IMG/VR virus record: IMGVR_UViG_3300037420_001376
Location: 1 to 64,000 of that record
Origin: a virus
Taxonomy: Duplodnaviria > Caudoviricetes
Direction: 5' to 3' (one strand)
DNA length: 64,000 nucleotides
The notes below the pieces were generated by a model. It saw only the letters and a list, made by a program, of their open reading frames with translations. It made no database searches and was not told where the DNA came from. The position numbers were made by a program, and so were the translations under genes. Shown here piece after piece: positions 21,041 through 30,569 of this stretch (position 1 is the first letter of the stretch; every line of letters begins with the position of its first letter).

Positions 21041-21512
21041 TCAGCCCTTCCGTTTCAAAAATCACGGAGAATAACTCCATACGATCTTCAAAAGAAATGG
21101 CATCGACGTAGAATAAGCCTTTTTGTCGAGCATTTTCATGCTCTGGCTTTTCATAAATCTTCGGCTCAACAATGCCCTTCTGCACAATTTTGTTAATCAT
21201 GATTTCCATTTTGGCAAAATTGGCAGCTTTTTTAATGGCATTTTCTAGGGCCTTAGCCGCGTTTGCCTCACCGTCTTTATCAGCGGGGGCATCTGATGAC
21301 ATTAGTGCTCTGGACATAAAATCCATTTCCTCGGCCAAGCCAAGTTTTAGCACATCTGCCATATCTAGGCGAACAATTCTAACGATCTGATTGTCGCCAT
21401 CGTAGGCTTCTACTTGCTCTTCGGTAATAACGCCTTTTCCTACCAAGTAGTAAAAGGGTACCTTAAAGTCTTTATTCATCTCCCACTTGCGAGAGATTTT
21501 TAATTCAACCAT
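20940..21512 (-). CDS. tail assembly chaperone
   Basis: Between major tail and tape measure genes; AGGAG RBS. Confidence 0.8.
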   Translation of the reverse strand: MVELKISRKWEMNKDFKVPFYYLVGKGVITEEQVEAYDGDNQIVRIVRLDMADVLKLGLAEEMDFMSRALMSSDAPADKDGEANAAKALENAIKKAANFAKMEIMINKIVQKGIVEPKIYEKPEHENARQKGLFYVDAISFEDRMELFSVIFETEGLSDFRQEQETGVGNVADVQGISLSADGPVAELRP

Positions 21513-21557
21513 CCTGCGCTCCTAGGCGTCCTTTTGGATTATATTTAATTGGGAGTT

Positions 21558-21607
21558 CCCCGACGCACAGTAACCTTACGGGGGGCGAAAGTTACTGTGC
21601 GCCGGGG
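21558..21607 (-). terminator. stem-loop after major tail gene
   Basis: 17-bp stem; the single mismatch is G.U on the minus-strand RNA; no long U tract. Confidence 0.65.
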
Positions 21608-21617
21608 TAGCTTAGAA

Positions 21618-22460
21618 TTACGAAGTGGTAACCGTAATCGGCGGGCAAGGATCAGACTGTTCCGAATCAATAATTGTAGAGACTCGGAATTTATACTGAG
21701 TTCCTGTAGTAAGAGAAGCTGCCGTGCCATTTGCCACAGTGGGATTGGTCATTGCCGAAGTCCACGTAGTAAACGGAGAAACAGATTTCTCAACTAAATA
21801 AGCGTCTGCACCAACAACCGGGCTCCACGATAAAGCAACAGAAGTTGAGGTAACTGTACCTGCAGCTAAATTAAGTGGAGAGGGAATCGGGTTGGGATCA
21901 GGCGTTAAAGTAAGAGCCTCTGTAGTTTCACGACGGAAAATCGAATACAGAAGATCATTGGTGTCATCCAATAACGGATAACCAACGCCAGTCACAGACG
22001 ACGTTTGGAATTCGCCATCCGTAAAGTTAGCAGTAATATCACCGTTCGCTCGGCAACGATAAATGCGAACCAGAACGTCGCCACCAGAATCAGAAATAAT
22101 CTTGCCATCAATACGGAACCAGGGGCGTGCCTGAGTAGCCTTTTTCTGAAGTTCAATTTCACGATTCGGCTCAAGTCCGCGCTCAATGACAGAACCACCG
22201 GTAAACACCGCCCATGCAGCAATTGGTAAACCACCGGATTCCAAATCCCAGTTCACCATAGAACCGCGACCACGAGTAGTGATGAGCTTGTCATCGCCTC
22301 GCAGTTCTGCGAATTCCTCAGCCTCAGTAAAGTTTAAAGTCTGAATGTAGGGAAGATCGACAGAAGCTGTTCCCAAAACCATTCCAAGAGCATCAGTGTA
22401 CTGCGTGAGTTTTACGTCACGCACGCCATAAGGTAAACCGTCAGTGACCGGTGCAGACAT
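21618..22460 (-). CDS. major tail protein with C-terminal FN3/Ig-like domain
   Basis: GLPYGVRDVK tail-tube-type N-terminus; C-terminal PSPLNL...VALSW...YKFRVST FN3 pattern. Confidence 0.85.
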   Translation of the reverse strand: MSAPVTDGLPYGVRDVKLTQYTDALGMVLGTASVDLPYIQTLNFTEAEEFAELRGDDKLITTRGRGSMVNWDLESGGLPIAAWAVFTGGSVIERGLEPNREIELQKKATQARPWFRIDGKIISDSGGDVLVRIYRCRANGDITANFTDGEFQTSSVTGVGYPLLDDTNDLLYSIFRRETTEALTLTPDPNPIPSPLNLAAGTVTSTSVALSWSPVVGADAYLVEKSVSPFTTWTSAMTNPTVANGTAASLTTGTQYKFRVSTIIDSEQSDPCPPITVTTS

Positions 22461-22472
22461 ATTATATTCTCC

Positions 22473-22691
22473 CTATATTTTTGGTTGCTTATGAAATTTT
22501 GTGTCGAAGGGGTAGATACAACCATCTTCACTTGTTTTCTCAAGATTAAAGTAATGCTCTGCAACAGGTGGTGTTTGACCCTCTGGTACTTCTGGTTTAC
22601 ACAACTTACTGTTGCATCGAATTACTAAAATCCCTATTGAGTTGTCACTAACTACACCATGAAGGCGAAATCCACACCGAATTTCTGGCAT
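22473..22691 (-). CDS. small Cys/His (Zn-binding-like) protein
   Basis: RCGFRLHG...RCNSKLC...EHYF. Confidence 0.6.
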   Translation of the reverse strand: MPEIRCGFRLHGVVSDNSIGILVIRCNSKLCKPEVPEGQTPPVAEHYFNLEKTSEDGCIYPFDTKFHKQPKI

Positions 22692-22694
22692 GGT

Positions 22695-23072
22695 TTATTC
22701 TTCGTTTACATACTCGAAACTAGTGGGGTAATTCTTGGTCAGGAATTCAGCAACATCGGAGGGAACCTGACCATTTCCATCACCGACAACCAAGGTGCCA
22801 TATTCACGCTTGGTATCAAATTTCAAAGTATGTTTTAACTCAGGACCACCGGCTGTAGAAACATCAACAGGGCGAACCTCAATTAAAGTTCCACGGTCAC
22901 CGGATTTAGTAATTACTGCCGGAATTCCACGAACTCGTTTTCCACTTAATTTCGGCGATGCAGCGCGCGGAGACACGTCTGCGGGGTCCACAATGTTGCC
23001 AGAGCCGTCCTCGGTAGCGGCTCCACGCAGCTTGGGGGCAGCCTCGGTGCTCGGTCGATCAGTAGCCATCAT
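22695..23072 (-). CDS. hypothetical protein, head-tail region
   Basis: GGAGG RBS, in operon. Confidence 0.7.
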   Translation of the reverse strand: MMATDRPSTEAAPKLRGAATEDGSGNIVDPADVSPRAASPKLSGKRVRGIPAVITKSGDRGTLIEVRPVDVSTAGGPELKHTLKFDTKREYGTLVVGDGNGQVPSDVAEFLTKNYPTSFEYVNEE

Positions 23073-23102
23073 TCCTCCTGGTCAGGTACCTATTCTAAGT
23101 GA

Positions 23103-23540
23103 TTACGCGGCAAATTCGTCGTACAACACGCCGTAGACAGTGGTGGCAGTTATCGTCTGCCAACCCTCATCATGGGCGGGTCTAGAACGTCCTCGCCGTT
23201 TTACTTCAGTAATTCTTATTCCATCTGTTCCTTTTACCTGTTCTATTGGTAAAAGAATTTCATCCACCCTATTCAGAATGGAAATCAGTGTTGAGATATC
23301 TCTATCGATTTCCCAAGGATGATGAACAGCTATAGTTAAAATACGCGGGCCTTTAGCCAACGCACTAACTGCGCTCATCGACATTTCTTCAAAAGTAATT
23401 GAAAGCCAATATCCATCTGTAGGACGCGGTAAAAGAGGTGTCCCCCATGAATAAGATTCGGCGATTCGAGTACCGCTGCCCAGCAGAGTAGTTAATTGAG
23501 AATCAGCATTAAGCAACTGAGGGATAGCATTTGGCATCAT
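23103..23540 (-). CDS. tail terminator protein (putative)
   Basis: Size and position upstream of major tail gene. Confidence 0.65.
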   Translation of the reverse strand: MMPNAIPQLLNADSQLTTLLGSGTRIAESYSWGTPLLPRPTDGYWLSITFEEMSMSAVSALAKGPRILTIAVHHPWEIDRDISTLISILNRVDEILLPIEQVKGTDGIRITEVKRRGRSRPAHDEGWQTITATTVYGVLYDEFAA

Positions 23541-23914
23541 CTGTCAAAATCCCTCCTACTCATTTCATTGAGCATATATCGCATATCAGCCAATAATGCT
23601 TCGCCAGCAATTCTCATCATGGGCGTAATGATGGCGTATTTTCTGTCGTGGGCAACTTCCAACCAAATGCCATACGTGACGCTATACGCCATAAATATTT
23701 CTTCATACGTGCGTCCATGAATGGGAATTGCGACAAGACCAGAACGAGCCGCGCCGGTACGGTCAGTCCACCGCGCTTGTGTTTTAAGATCAGTTGTTGT
23801 AATTGCTGCACGACGATCAGTAATAACGGAAAGATTGCGACGAACATTGCGATTAAAATTGCGAACGTTCCTGCGTAATTGTTTATCATCAAACTTTGCC
23901 GTTATTTTCGCCAT
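23537..23914 (-). CDS. neck / tail completion protein (HK97 gp10-like)
   Basis: ARWTDRTGAAR and YGIWLE motifs typical of actinophage neck proteins. Confidence 0.7.
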   Translation of the reverse strand: MAKITAKFDDKQLRRNVRNFNRNVRRNLSVITDRRAAITTTDLKTQARWTDRTGAARSGLVAIPIHGRTYEEIFMAYSVTYGIWLEVAHDRKYAIITPMMRIAGEALLADMRYMLNEMSRRDFDR

Positions 23915-24111
23915 ATCGTCTGTAACTCACGGTTCTCGTCCATAATAATTCCGCACTTTAAATCGCGAAAACAGGAACCACAAATACGGCCTTTACCCGC
24001 CACGAAGACGCCAGCTAGTCCGACTTCGCGCTCACAATGAGGATTGACACAAATATCATCTTTTTCGGGATGCTCGTCTAAATCCTCAAGTGTTGCCGGG
24101 ATTCGAGCCAT
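23902..24111 (-). CDS. small Zn-finger-like protein
   Basis: CxxxxC...CxxC; start moved to ATG 24111 with GGAG RBS. Confidence 0.5.
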   Translation of the reverse strand: MARIPATLEDLDEHPEKDDICVNPHCEREVGLAGVFVAGKGRICGSCFRDLKCGIIMDENRELQTIWRK

Positions 24112-24469
24112 GGGATACTCCACCGGCTTTTACCTCATAATCGTTGTAGGGATAAATGTAGGTAATAACGTATTTATTGTCGCCTATGGAAAACGTATCT
24201 CCAATTTCGACGGTTGCATCGTGGACTCCGAGCAAAATAAAATCGAATCGTCTTGCGCCATCTGGTGTTTCTCTAAAAATTCCTGACTGCTCGCCCCAGA
24301 TAAGTTTGAATTGTTGAGGCTCTCTAGAAAATCCTGCTCCCGATACGACGGTGCCATCAACTACACTCCCACCTTGAGTTTTTAAAACAATCGTTGTTGG
24401 ATCAGCATTAATAAACCGTAAAGTGTTTTTACGGTGAATGTTTTTCTCTAAGGTAGAGGAAAGCGCCAT
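24086..24469 (-). CDS. head-to-tail stopper (putative)
   Basis: Beta-rich 127 aa with IGDTF...YVIT pattern after adaptor. Confidence 0.65.
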   Translation of the reverse strand: MALSSTLEKNIHRKNTLRFINADPTTIVLKTQGGSVVDGTVVSGAGFSREPQQFKLIWGEQSGIFRETPDGARRFDFILLGVHDATVEIGDTFSIGDNKYVITYIYPYNDYEVKAGGVSHGSNPGNT

Positions 24470-24796
24470 TTACACTCGATTCGCTGTGTAAATGCGTGCA
24501 GATTCTTTAGCGACTACACCGCCTGCTAAATCTTCGTCTTTAACAGCTTGGGTCCATACGTCAATTAACTGTTTGATATTGTCAAAGAATCGGCTAGTCC
24601 TGGACGACCCTGATTCTGAAATGTCTTCAAAGCTCGACGCTTTCGCCGATATTCCTCGTAAGACAGCCAGAATAGTGCGAGATTGGCTAAGACCCGAATC
24701 AAGTAAATTACCAATTGCCGTTGAGTCATATCCAAGTTCTTCGGCTTCATCAGGTAACTGCAGCTTTACCGCATTTATTGCTGTATCGCTTGCCAT
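24470..24796 (-). CDS. head-to-tail adaptor (putative)
   Basis: Helical 108 aa with DISESGSSR motif, after capsid genes. Confidence 0.65.
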   Translation of the reverse strand: MASDTAINAVKLQLPDEAEELGYDSTAIGNLLDSGLSQSRTILAVLRGISAKASSFEDISESGSSRTSRFFDNIKQLIDVWTQAVKDEDLAGGVVAKESARIYTANRV

Positions 24797-25363
24797 TTAG
24801 CTCTCGCTTAAATTGATTTCCTCACCGGCATCGCGTTTATCCTGCAAAGCAACAGCTAGGCGTTCTTGTAATTTTGCTTTATCGTCGTCAGAAGAGTATT
24901 CAACTCCCTCTTCATCTAAGCGAGCCTTAAGCTTATCTTTTGTCTGCGACCGAGCTAAAACGAATTCGGCAATATCTTCATCGATATCATCACCATCATC
25001 ACTGCGGCCATAATCAGGATCACGCTGAGCGCTTAAATCAGAACCAGAATGATGCAAACCCATTCCCACGGGTTCAACAATTACGCCATTATCCCGATCA
25101 TAAACTCGCCCAGTATCCTTATCTAAAACTGTACCGGGAAGTGGAGCACCACCTACGTCATAAACCGCCTTGTCACGAACGTCTGAATCGTAGAAAGAAT
25201 TAACGGAAGGCTGTCCTGCCTCTTCCCCAGGGGCAGGCGTAGCATTTCCATCAACACCAAAACGACGTTCGTTTGCGGGAATTAAATATCCTCGACCGCG
25301 AGAGATAAGATATTCTTTATCTTCTGCGCTAAGCGGTGAATCTAAGTCAACCTTGCGGCCCAT
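24797..25363 (-). CDS. virion-region protein with C-terminal HeH/LEM-like domain
   Basis: KLKARLDEEGVEYSSDDDKAKLQERL; AGGAG RBS. Confidence 0.6.
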   Translation of the reverse strand: MGRKVDLDSPLSAEDKEYLISRGRGYLIPANERRFGVDGNATPAPGEEAGQPSVNSFYDSDVRDKAVYDVGGAPLPGTVLDKDTGRVYDRDNGVIVEPVGMGLHHSGSDLSAQRDPDYGRSDDGDDIDEDIAEFVLARSQTKDKLKARLDEEGVEYSSDDDKAKLQERLAVALQDKRDAGEEINLSES

Positions 25364-25378
25364 GATTTCTCCTTTTGG

Positions 25379-25426
25379 TCGGGGGAGTCGGTCACCCGGA
25401 ATAGTTTATTTTCCCGACTCCCCCGA
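25379..25426 (-). terminator. stem-loop after major capsid gene
   Basis: Perfect 13-bp inverted repeat TCGGGGGAGTCGG/CCGACTCCCCCGA. Confidence 0.7.
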
Positions 25427-25434
25427 AGCTTTAA

Positions 25435-26649
25435 TTAACCTGCAAGGAATCCGGTGCCACGCTTGTACTGCGTGGGAATATCGTAAGTACCAGAAGCTTT
25501 AATCTGCATAATTGCAGCACCGCCGCGCTGACGAATACCCGAACCAAAGCTGCGGGCATAAAAACCGTCAACGAGAGGATAGCGCTGGTAGTTACCAGGA
25601 ATAATGCGAAGACCCTGCATTGCCGGATTGGCGTGCTGGCGTAAACCAATCGGGTTACCGAGATTAAATCGGCCACCATAACCAATACCAACAAGATAAC
25701 CGGGAGGAATATAATCCTCTTCAACAATATTCCAGAAACCGTACGAGCCGATTACCGCTAATCCACCAAAAGTAGGTGCAGGCTGATTTCCTAATAAACC
25801 TTCGGCATTAGGCAGCATCATTGCTGGCTGAGTGGGCGAAGGAATAAAGTCATATCCTGCAGTCTGACCATTGTTATTCACAACACCACGACGGAACTGG
25901 CGAATAACGTCTGTCTCTGCTTTATTTGCCAAAAGCAAGAAACTGGTTCCGGCCTGCGGTGAATAACCATGCTCTGCAATAAGCTCCATTAAATCTTCAA
26001 CATCAGAAGAGTCAACGGTGCTATTGCCAGAAACAACGTAATGGCTGTGATTTTCGGTAAAGGTGTTGTTCTTAAAGCGTGGCGGTGCAACACCCTCACC
26101 GTTATACAGCGGGTAAACGTTGTACGCCTGGTTACGAATATTGGCCCGACGAGTACGATTGTCAAAAAGGGCTTCCATAACCTTTTTGAAAATAAGTCGC
26201 TTATCGGCCCAGAGAATGCTTTCGTGAATTGCCTCAACCTGGCGGGCGTCGGCTTCAGCTAAAAACATCCATGTATAGGCAGTACGCTTGTCGTAGTGAC
26301 GTAAATCGTAGCCCATTTGGAAAACTTCAATCGGCAAACCACTACCACGAGGAATGCCCATTTCGGTGGCTTCCTCGAACGTGGTTTCGCCAATTTGCAC
26401 CACAGGCTCAACCGGTGTAGTAACCGGATAAGTCAAAAGTGCAATTAGGTCATCCATTGCCTCATTGTAAATCGCAATGGATTCTGCGAAAGAATTCCAC
26501 AGAGCATTTAAATCAATACCGTCAGCGGTAACCGTAACCAAATCGCCTTGGGTAAGAATACCTTCTTGGCGAACCGGTGCAGTACCACCGAAAATAGGAC
26601 CAACGGGAATGCCCTTGACGAACAATCCGTTTTTCTTATATGCCATCAT
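25435..26649 (-). CDS. major capsid protein
   Basis: ~404 aa after scaffold/decoration genes, followed by strong hairpin; start moved to ATG 26649 (GGAAGG RBS). Confidence 0.85.
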   Translation of the reverse strand: MMAYKKNGLFVKGIPVGPIFGGTAPVRQEGILTQGDLVTVTADGIDLNALWNSFAESIAIYNEAMDDLIALLTYPVTTPVEPVVQIGETTFEEATEMGIPRGSGLPIEVFQMGYDLRHYDKRTAYTWMFLAEADARQVEAIHESILWADKRLIFKKVMEALFDNRTRRANIRNQAYNVYPLYNGEGVAPPRFKNNTFTENHSHYVVSGNSTVDSSDVEDLMELIAEHGYSPQAGTSFLLLANKAETDVIRQFRRGVVNNNGQTAGYDFIPSPTQPAMMLPNAEGLLGNQPAPTFGGLAVIGSYGFWNIVEEDYIPPGYLVGIGYGGRFNLGNPIGLRQHANPAMQGLRIIPGNYQRYPLVDGFYARSFGSGIRQRGGAAIMQIKASGTYDIPTQYKRGTGFLAG

Positions 26650-26677
26650 GGCATTCCCTTCCAATCTGACTTTAAAA

Positions 26678-27370
26678 TTACGGAGTCGCGTCAAGAACAT
26701 TAACGATTAAACGATCTTTTTCTGCGGTATGTCCAACATAAACACCGTCAGAACCCTTTGTTGCGGTAACGGAACCGTCAGCATGTGCGTAATAATTCTG
26801 ACCTGCAACCGGAGTGGTTGCACCAGCGGTTACCGTTGCACCGGTTCCTGCAGCTAAAGTAAATCCATCGGCCACTTGCGCCGAAAAATTAGGTGCAGTT
26901 CCAGTAACAGTGACATCGGCATCAACCATATTGTCGTCAACGGCAACAATTGCTGCCTCAACAGCAGTATTAGTTGCGTTAAACGCAATATTGCCGGTAA
27001 CTTTTCCGTTTACCGTTAAAGTGAAGCTGCCAGAACCAACGGTTACAACAATCGCGTAAGTACCGTCAGCTGGATTTGCAACAAAGTTAACGATTTCACC
27101 ATGTTTGCCAACGTCACATGGATCACCAGATTGGTTATTAATTCCACCGTCTAAAAGGTTTCCATGAATATCTGCGCCAACCGGCACAATCATTAAACCT
27201 TTAATTCCGGTTTGACCACTTCCGATTACAACTGCACCATCAGAATTTAATCCGACACCGAGAACCACATTGGCTTCAGTATCTAAATCAATATCTTCGG
27301 CCAGAACACCACGAAAGTTGCCCATGTAGCCGTCGTATTTATCCCAACGCGGCTTAGTCGCCAGAGCCAT
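26678..27370 (-). CDS. capsid decoration / minor head protein (putative)
   Basis: Between scaffold and capsid; Thr/Val/Gly-rich beta insertion; GGAGG RBS. Confidence 0.6.
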   Translation of the reverse strand: MALATKPRWDKYDGYMGNFRGVLAEDIDLDTEANVVLGVGLNSDGAVVIGSGQTGIKGLMIVPVGADIHGNLLDGGINNQSGDPCDVGKHGEIVNFVANPADGTYAIVVTVGSGSFTLTVNGKVTGNIAFNATNTAVEAAIVAVDDNMVDADVTVTGTAPNFSAQVADGFTLAAGTGATVTAGATTPVAGQNYYAHADGSVTATKGSDGVYVGHTAEKDRLIVNVLDATP

Positions 27371-27447
27371 GTGAATCCTCCATTAGAGTTGTTCGGCAGC
27401 AATAGTATCAATCTTGTGTCCTGAAACTCGGGAGGACACGCGGCGTG

Positions 27448-28212
27448 TCACCCTAAAGCTGCACGTCCAGAAGCAATCACCGGCCACTTGGCTTCCAGTT
27501 CCTTGCGGCGTTGGGCTGCAGTGGGATTGGTCGGTGCCGGTCCTGGGGGATTTCCGGTAGAACGGCGTTGACGCGATGGTGGCGGATTATCGTCAATCGT
27601 GGGCTTTTTCACCAAATATGGATAATCTTTAGCAATACGAGAAAGTTCATTTTCAATACCACTAGCTGTTGCTCTTCCGGCTTCTAAATCAACCTCAAGA
27701 TCATAACCACCGGCGTCTAATTTAGAAATCACATCATCGACATTATGAAATTGAAGATTCTCATTTCCCTGAATTGCGTTCACCACTGCAAGGCGCTTAA
27801 TAACTTGATCCATACGATCAATTGTTTCCTGAGCCTTAGTTAAATCCTCAGTTAAGGCTTCTTCGCGACCAAGGCTTTTCTTGCGCTCGTCCTCTTCTTT
27901 AGTCTGATATCCTTGAAGCGTCTGAGTAAGCTCAGTATTTTTCTGAGTTAATTGAGCAACCTGCGTAGTTAATTGCGCAAATTGTTCTGGCGTAATTTCT
28001 TTTGTACCATCCCCGCCACCTGAACTTGTGGCACTATCGTCAGGATCACCAGAAGGTTTATTTTCGGCGGGAGTAGAACCAGCGGGCTCGGCTGAGGTTC
28101 CACCGAAAATCGGCAAAGCTGCTTTAGCTGCTTCTAAAGAATTAATCTTTACAGAAAAATCAAAACTATTTGCAGGTGTTAATCCGCTGTATTTGGTTTG
28201 GAAGGGCATCAT
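27448..28212 (-). CDS. scaffolding protein
   Basis: Low-complexity N-terminus, long coiled coil, Pro-rich C-terminus; start moved to ATG 28212. Confidence 0.8.
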   Translation of the reverse strand: MMPFQTKYSGLTPANSFDFSVKINSLEAAKAALPIFGGTSAEPAGSTPAENKPSGDPDDSATSSGGGDGTKEITPEQFAQLTTQVAQLTQKNTELTQTLQGYQTKEEDERKKSLGREEALTEDLTKAQETIDRMDQVIKRLAVVNAIQGNENLQFHNVDDVISKLDAGGYDLEVDLEAGRATASGIENELSRIAKDYPYLVKKPTIDDNPPPSRQRRSTGNPPGPAPTNPTAAQRRKELEAKWPVIASGRAALG

Positions 28213-28243
28213 TTCATGTTCTTTCATGGGCTGGGTAGAGCGT

Positions 28244-29176
28244 TTACGCTGCATTGCTAATCCAATCGTTATAGTACCCGGCTGTCAAGTTTCTAGTGAA
28301 CACATCAAGAGATTCGACCTGCGGTGTCACAAAGCACCGGCATTGCGGGTGGGGTTTGGGAGGTACGTTGTCAACGTCAAACAATTGTTCTTTGTAACGA
28401 TCACAAATTTCTATTACGCCATCTTCAATTTCATGCGTTTGTGAAGTGTGCCAAACCATGCCTTGAACCCATGGACGATCTTGTGCAAGTGCAACACTAG
28501 TAGCATGAAAAGCATTATTAAGCTCGGTGCGACCGAGACGAAGGGCAGCATAACTGACCCCACCAGGGGTATTTGGCCTAATTGATCTTCTAACTTTTTC
28601 TGCAATTTCTTTCGCACTAGCGCCCCTAACTATTCCAGAATTAATTTCTCTTTGCACCCACGTATTTGCCATACGCCGGGTTCGATAAACTCTAGTAGAT
28701 AATGGCTGATTTGATTTTTCGAGGCGCGACACCAAGTTTGCCACTGATAATTCTGCCTGCACGTATTGGGATTGAATAAAGCCCTCAACGTTCCCTCTAG
28801 AGTTTTTAGCTGATTCAGCGAAAGCTCTGGAAAGAAAGTCTCTATCAGTTTCTGAGAAGGCAGTAACGGCTGCTCTAGCGGATTCTTTAGACCCGGCAGT
28901 AATGAGGGGGATTTGTTTTTTGAAGAGGTCATTGAGAACCTCGTTGACTATTTTCATCACTAGTCGCAATTGCGCAGTGCGGACACCCGATGAAAAAGTT
29001 GAGTTTGTGCTCAAAGCAGAGACTTCTTGTGCTGCATCTTGCGCTGCTTGGATTAATGCGGTACGAACCTTTGTATCGTGCCGGGACTGTATCATCAGAT
29101 ATTTCGTAAGCCATCTTTTCCTCAAAGTTTCAAAATCATCATTTAAACCCCCATCTAACGGAGTCGGCCTAGTCAC
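28244..29176 (-). CDS. MuF-like head morphogenesis / minor capsid protein
   Basis: C-terminal PPKPHPQCRC motif. Confidence 0.8.
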   Translation of the reverse strand: MTRPTPLDGGLNDDFETLRKRWLTKYLMIQSRHDTKVRTALIQAAQDAAQEVSALSTNSTFSSGVRTAQLRLVMKIVNEVLNDLFKKQIPLITAGSKESARAAVTAFSETDRDFLSRAFAESAKNSRGNVEGFIQSQYVQAELSVANLVSRLEKSNQPLSTRVYRTRRMANTWVQREINSGIVRGASAKEIAEKVRRSIRPNTPGGVSYAALRLGRTELNNAFHATSVALAQDRPWVQGMVWHTSQTHEIEDGVIEICDRYKEQLFDVDNVPPKPHPQCRCFVTPQVESLDVFTRNLTAGYYNDWISNAA

Positions 29177-29609
29177 CCAGTAACCTCCACTCCGTTACGT
29201 CACCCCTGCTGACCAGGAAATACCGCCAACCCAGCGCCGGATTGGGCCAACCCACCAGATCACGCGGGCTCGGCCAGGGGTAGCCGTTGGGATGGGTATG
29301 ATAAATACCTAAAATCTCAGTTTGCTTTTTTCCATAAATTTCGTCTAACACCCATTCAGTGTCTTTTGGGTGCATATAAAAATTCATGCGCGGTTCTAAA
29401 TGTGAATTTAAAACACCGATCACTTCAAATTCAGACGTAATGAATCCGCATCGTTCTTCTGAATGTCTAAAGCACTCGTCCAATAATTCAGAACGAGTGC
29501 TTTCAGGCAAAGGATTATGAGAGTAGAAAAGCTGTTCGGCTTGTCTACCCTTAGATGAAATTAAATAATTACTATGTCCAGGGTGCGCTGGATTATTAAG
29601 GTCCAACAT
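29169..29609 (-). CDS. JAB/MPN+ (JAMM) metalloprotease
   Basis: EERCG plus H-T-H-x7-S-x2-D (HTHPNGYPWPSPRD), complete JAMM signature. Confidence 0.85.
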   Translation of the reverse strand: MLDLNNPAHPGHSNYLISSKGRQAEQLFYSHNPLPESTRSELLDECFRHSEERCGFITSEFEVIGVLNSHLEPRMNFYMHPKDTEWVLDEIYGKKQTEILGIYHTHPNGYPWPSPRDLVGWPNPALGWRYFLVSRGDVTEWRLLGD

Positions 29610-29621
29610 GATGCTCCGCGT

Positions 29622-30197
29622 CTACTTACCACGTCTTTGTGGCCTAACTACTTTTTTACCAGCAATGGCTCGCATTCTCGTGTCGTATTTTTTCACCCCT
29701 TTTCGAGTCTGAGTAAGCGGTGTTTTATGCTTCCCACGACGTAAAATAATCGTAGGACCGGCTCCGCGAGAACTACCAAGGCGAGCCTGGTGTCTACCGA
29801 CATTTGCTCGAATTGTGGGATTTGTAATCGTAACGTTTTCTTTGAAATATTTCCTGACTTTACCTCGGGTAGTTCCATAGGGCATCGCCTTATTTCCAGC
29901 TTTAGCTAATGCTTTATCGATTGCGCCTTTACGGTTGGTGTTTTCGACCCGAACGTATCCACCAAACACAAGGCGTTTGCCAGTTCCAGGCAAAATTGAG
30001 CCGGTATTAAATCCTGCAGTTTGGCTCCTTTTATTGGCTCGAAGATATGGCACAGTGTTTTTTGTAAAACCATGCTTACCAACCCCACGAGTTACAGGAT
30101 TACTACCATATAATCTTTTAGACTTTCTTTTACGTGCTCTACGAGCCTTTGCTAGCGCTGCCGCTCTAGCAGGTGTAAAGACATAGGCTCTAGTCAT
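29622..30197 (-). CDS. Arg/Lys-rich basic protein (array member)
   Basis: N-terminal TPARAAALAKARRARKRK. Confidence 0.8.
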   Translation of the reverse strand: MTRAYVFTPARAAALAKARRARKRKSKRLYGSNPVTRGVGKHGFTKNTVPYLRANKRSQTAGFNTGSILPGTGKRLVFGGYVRVENTNRKGAIDKALAKAGNKAMPYGTTRGKVRKYFKENVTITNPTIRANVGRHQARLGSSRGAGPTIILRRGKHKTPLTQTRKGVKKYDTRMRAIAGKKVVRPQRRGK

Positions 30198-30199
30198 GA

Positions 30200-30568
30200 T
30201 TACCGCACTCTACTACGAATTCTTGTTCCTGTGTGCCTACCAGAGATGTGTGTTGCTCGCCCACGACCGTAGTAACGGAGCGGTTTATGATTTGAACGCA
30301 AAGCCACGCCGGGGGCATTTGGATCGACCCGTGGTCCTTTAGATAAATAACCTTTGACCGCTTTATAATGTTTAGGAACTAATTGAGGATTGCGTGCATA
30401 ATTATTTGCATGATGAACTAAAGCACCTACGGCAACCGTACCCGCCACGGAGCCAACAGCTTTTAATCCACCAATAACAGCGCGTTTACGCCTTTTTCGT
30501 GCGCTCGCTTTTTGTGCTCGTGCTAAAGCTGCGCGACGTGCAGGGGTCATGCGATAGCGTTTAGCCAT
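30200..30568 (-). CDS. Arg/Lys-rich basic protein (array member)
   Basis: TPARRAALARAQKASARKRR then Gly/Ala hydrophobic segment. Confidence 0.8.
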   Translation of the reverse strand: MAKRYRMTPARRAALARAQKASARKRRKRAVIGGLKAVGSVAGTVAVGALVHHANNYARNPQLVPKHYKAVKGYLSKGPRVDPNAPGVALRSNHKPLRYYGRGRATHISGRHTGTRIRSRVR

Positions 30569-30569
30569 A

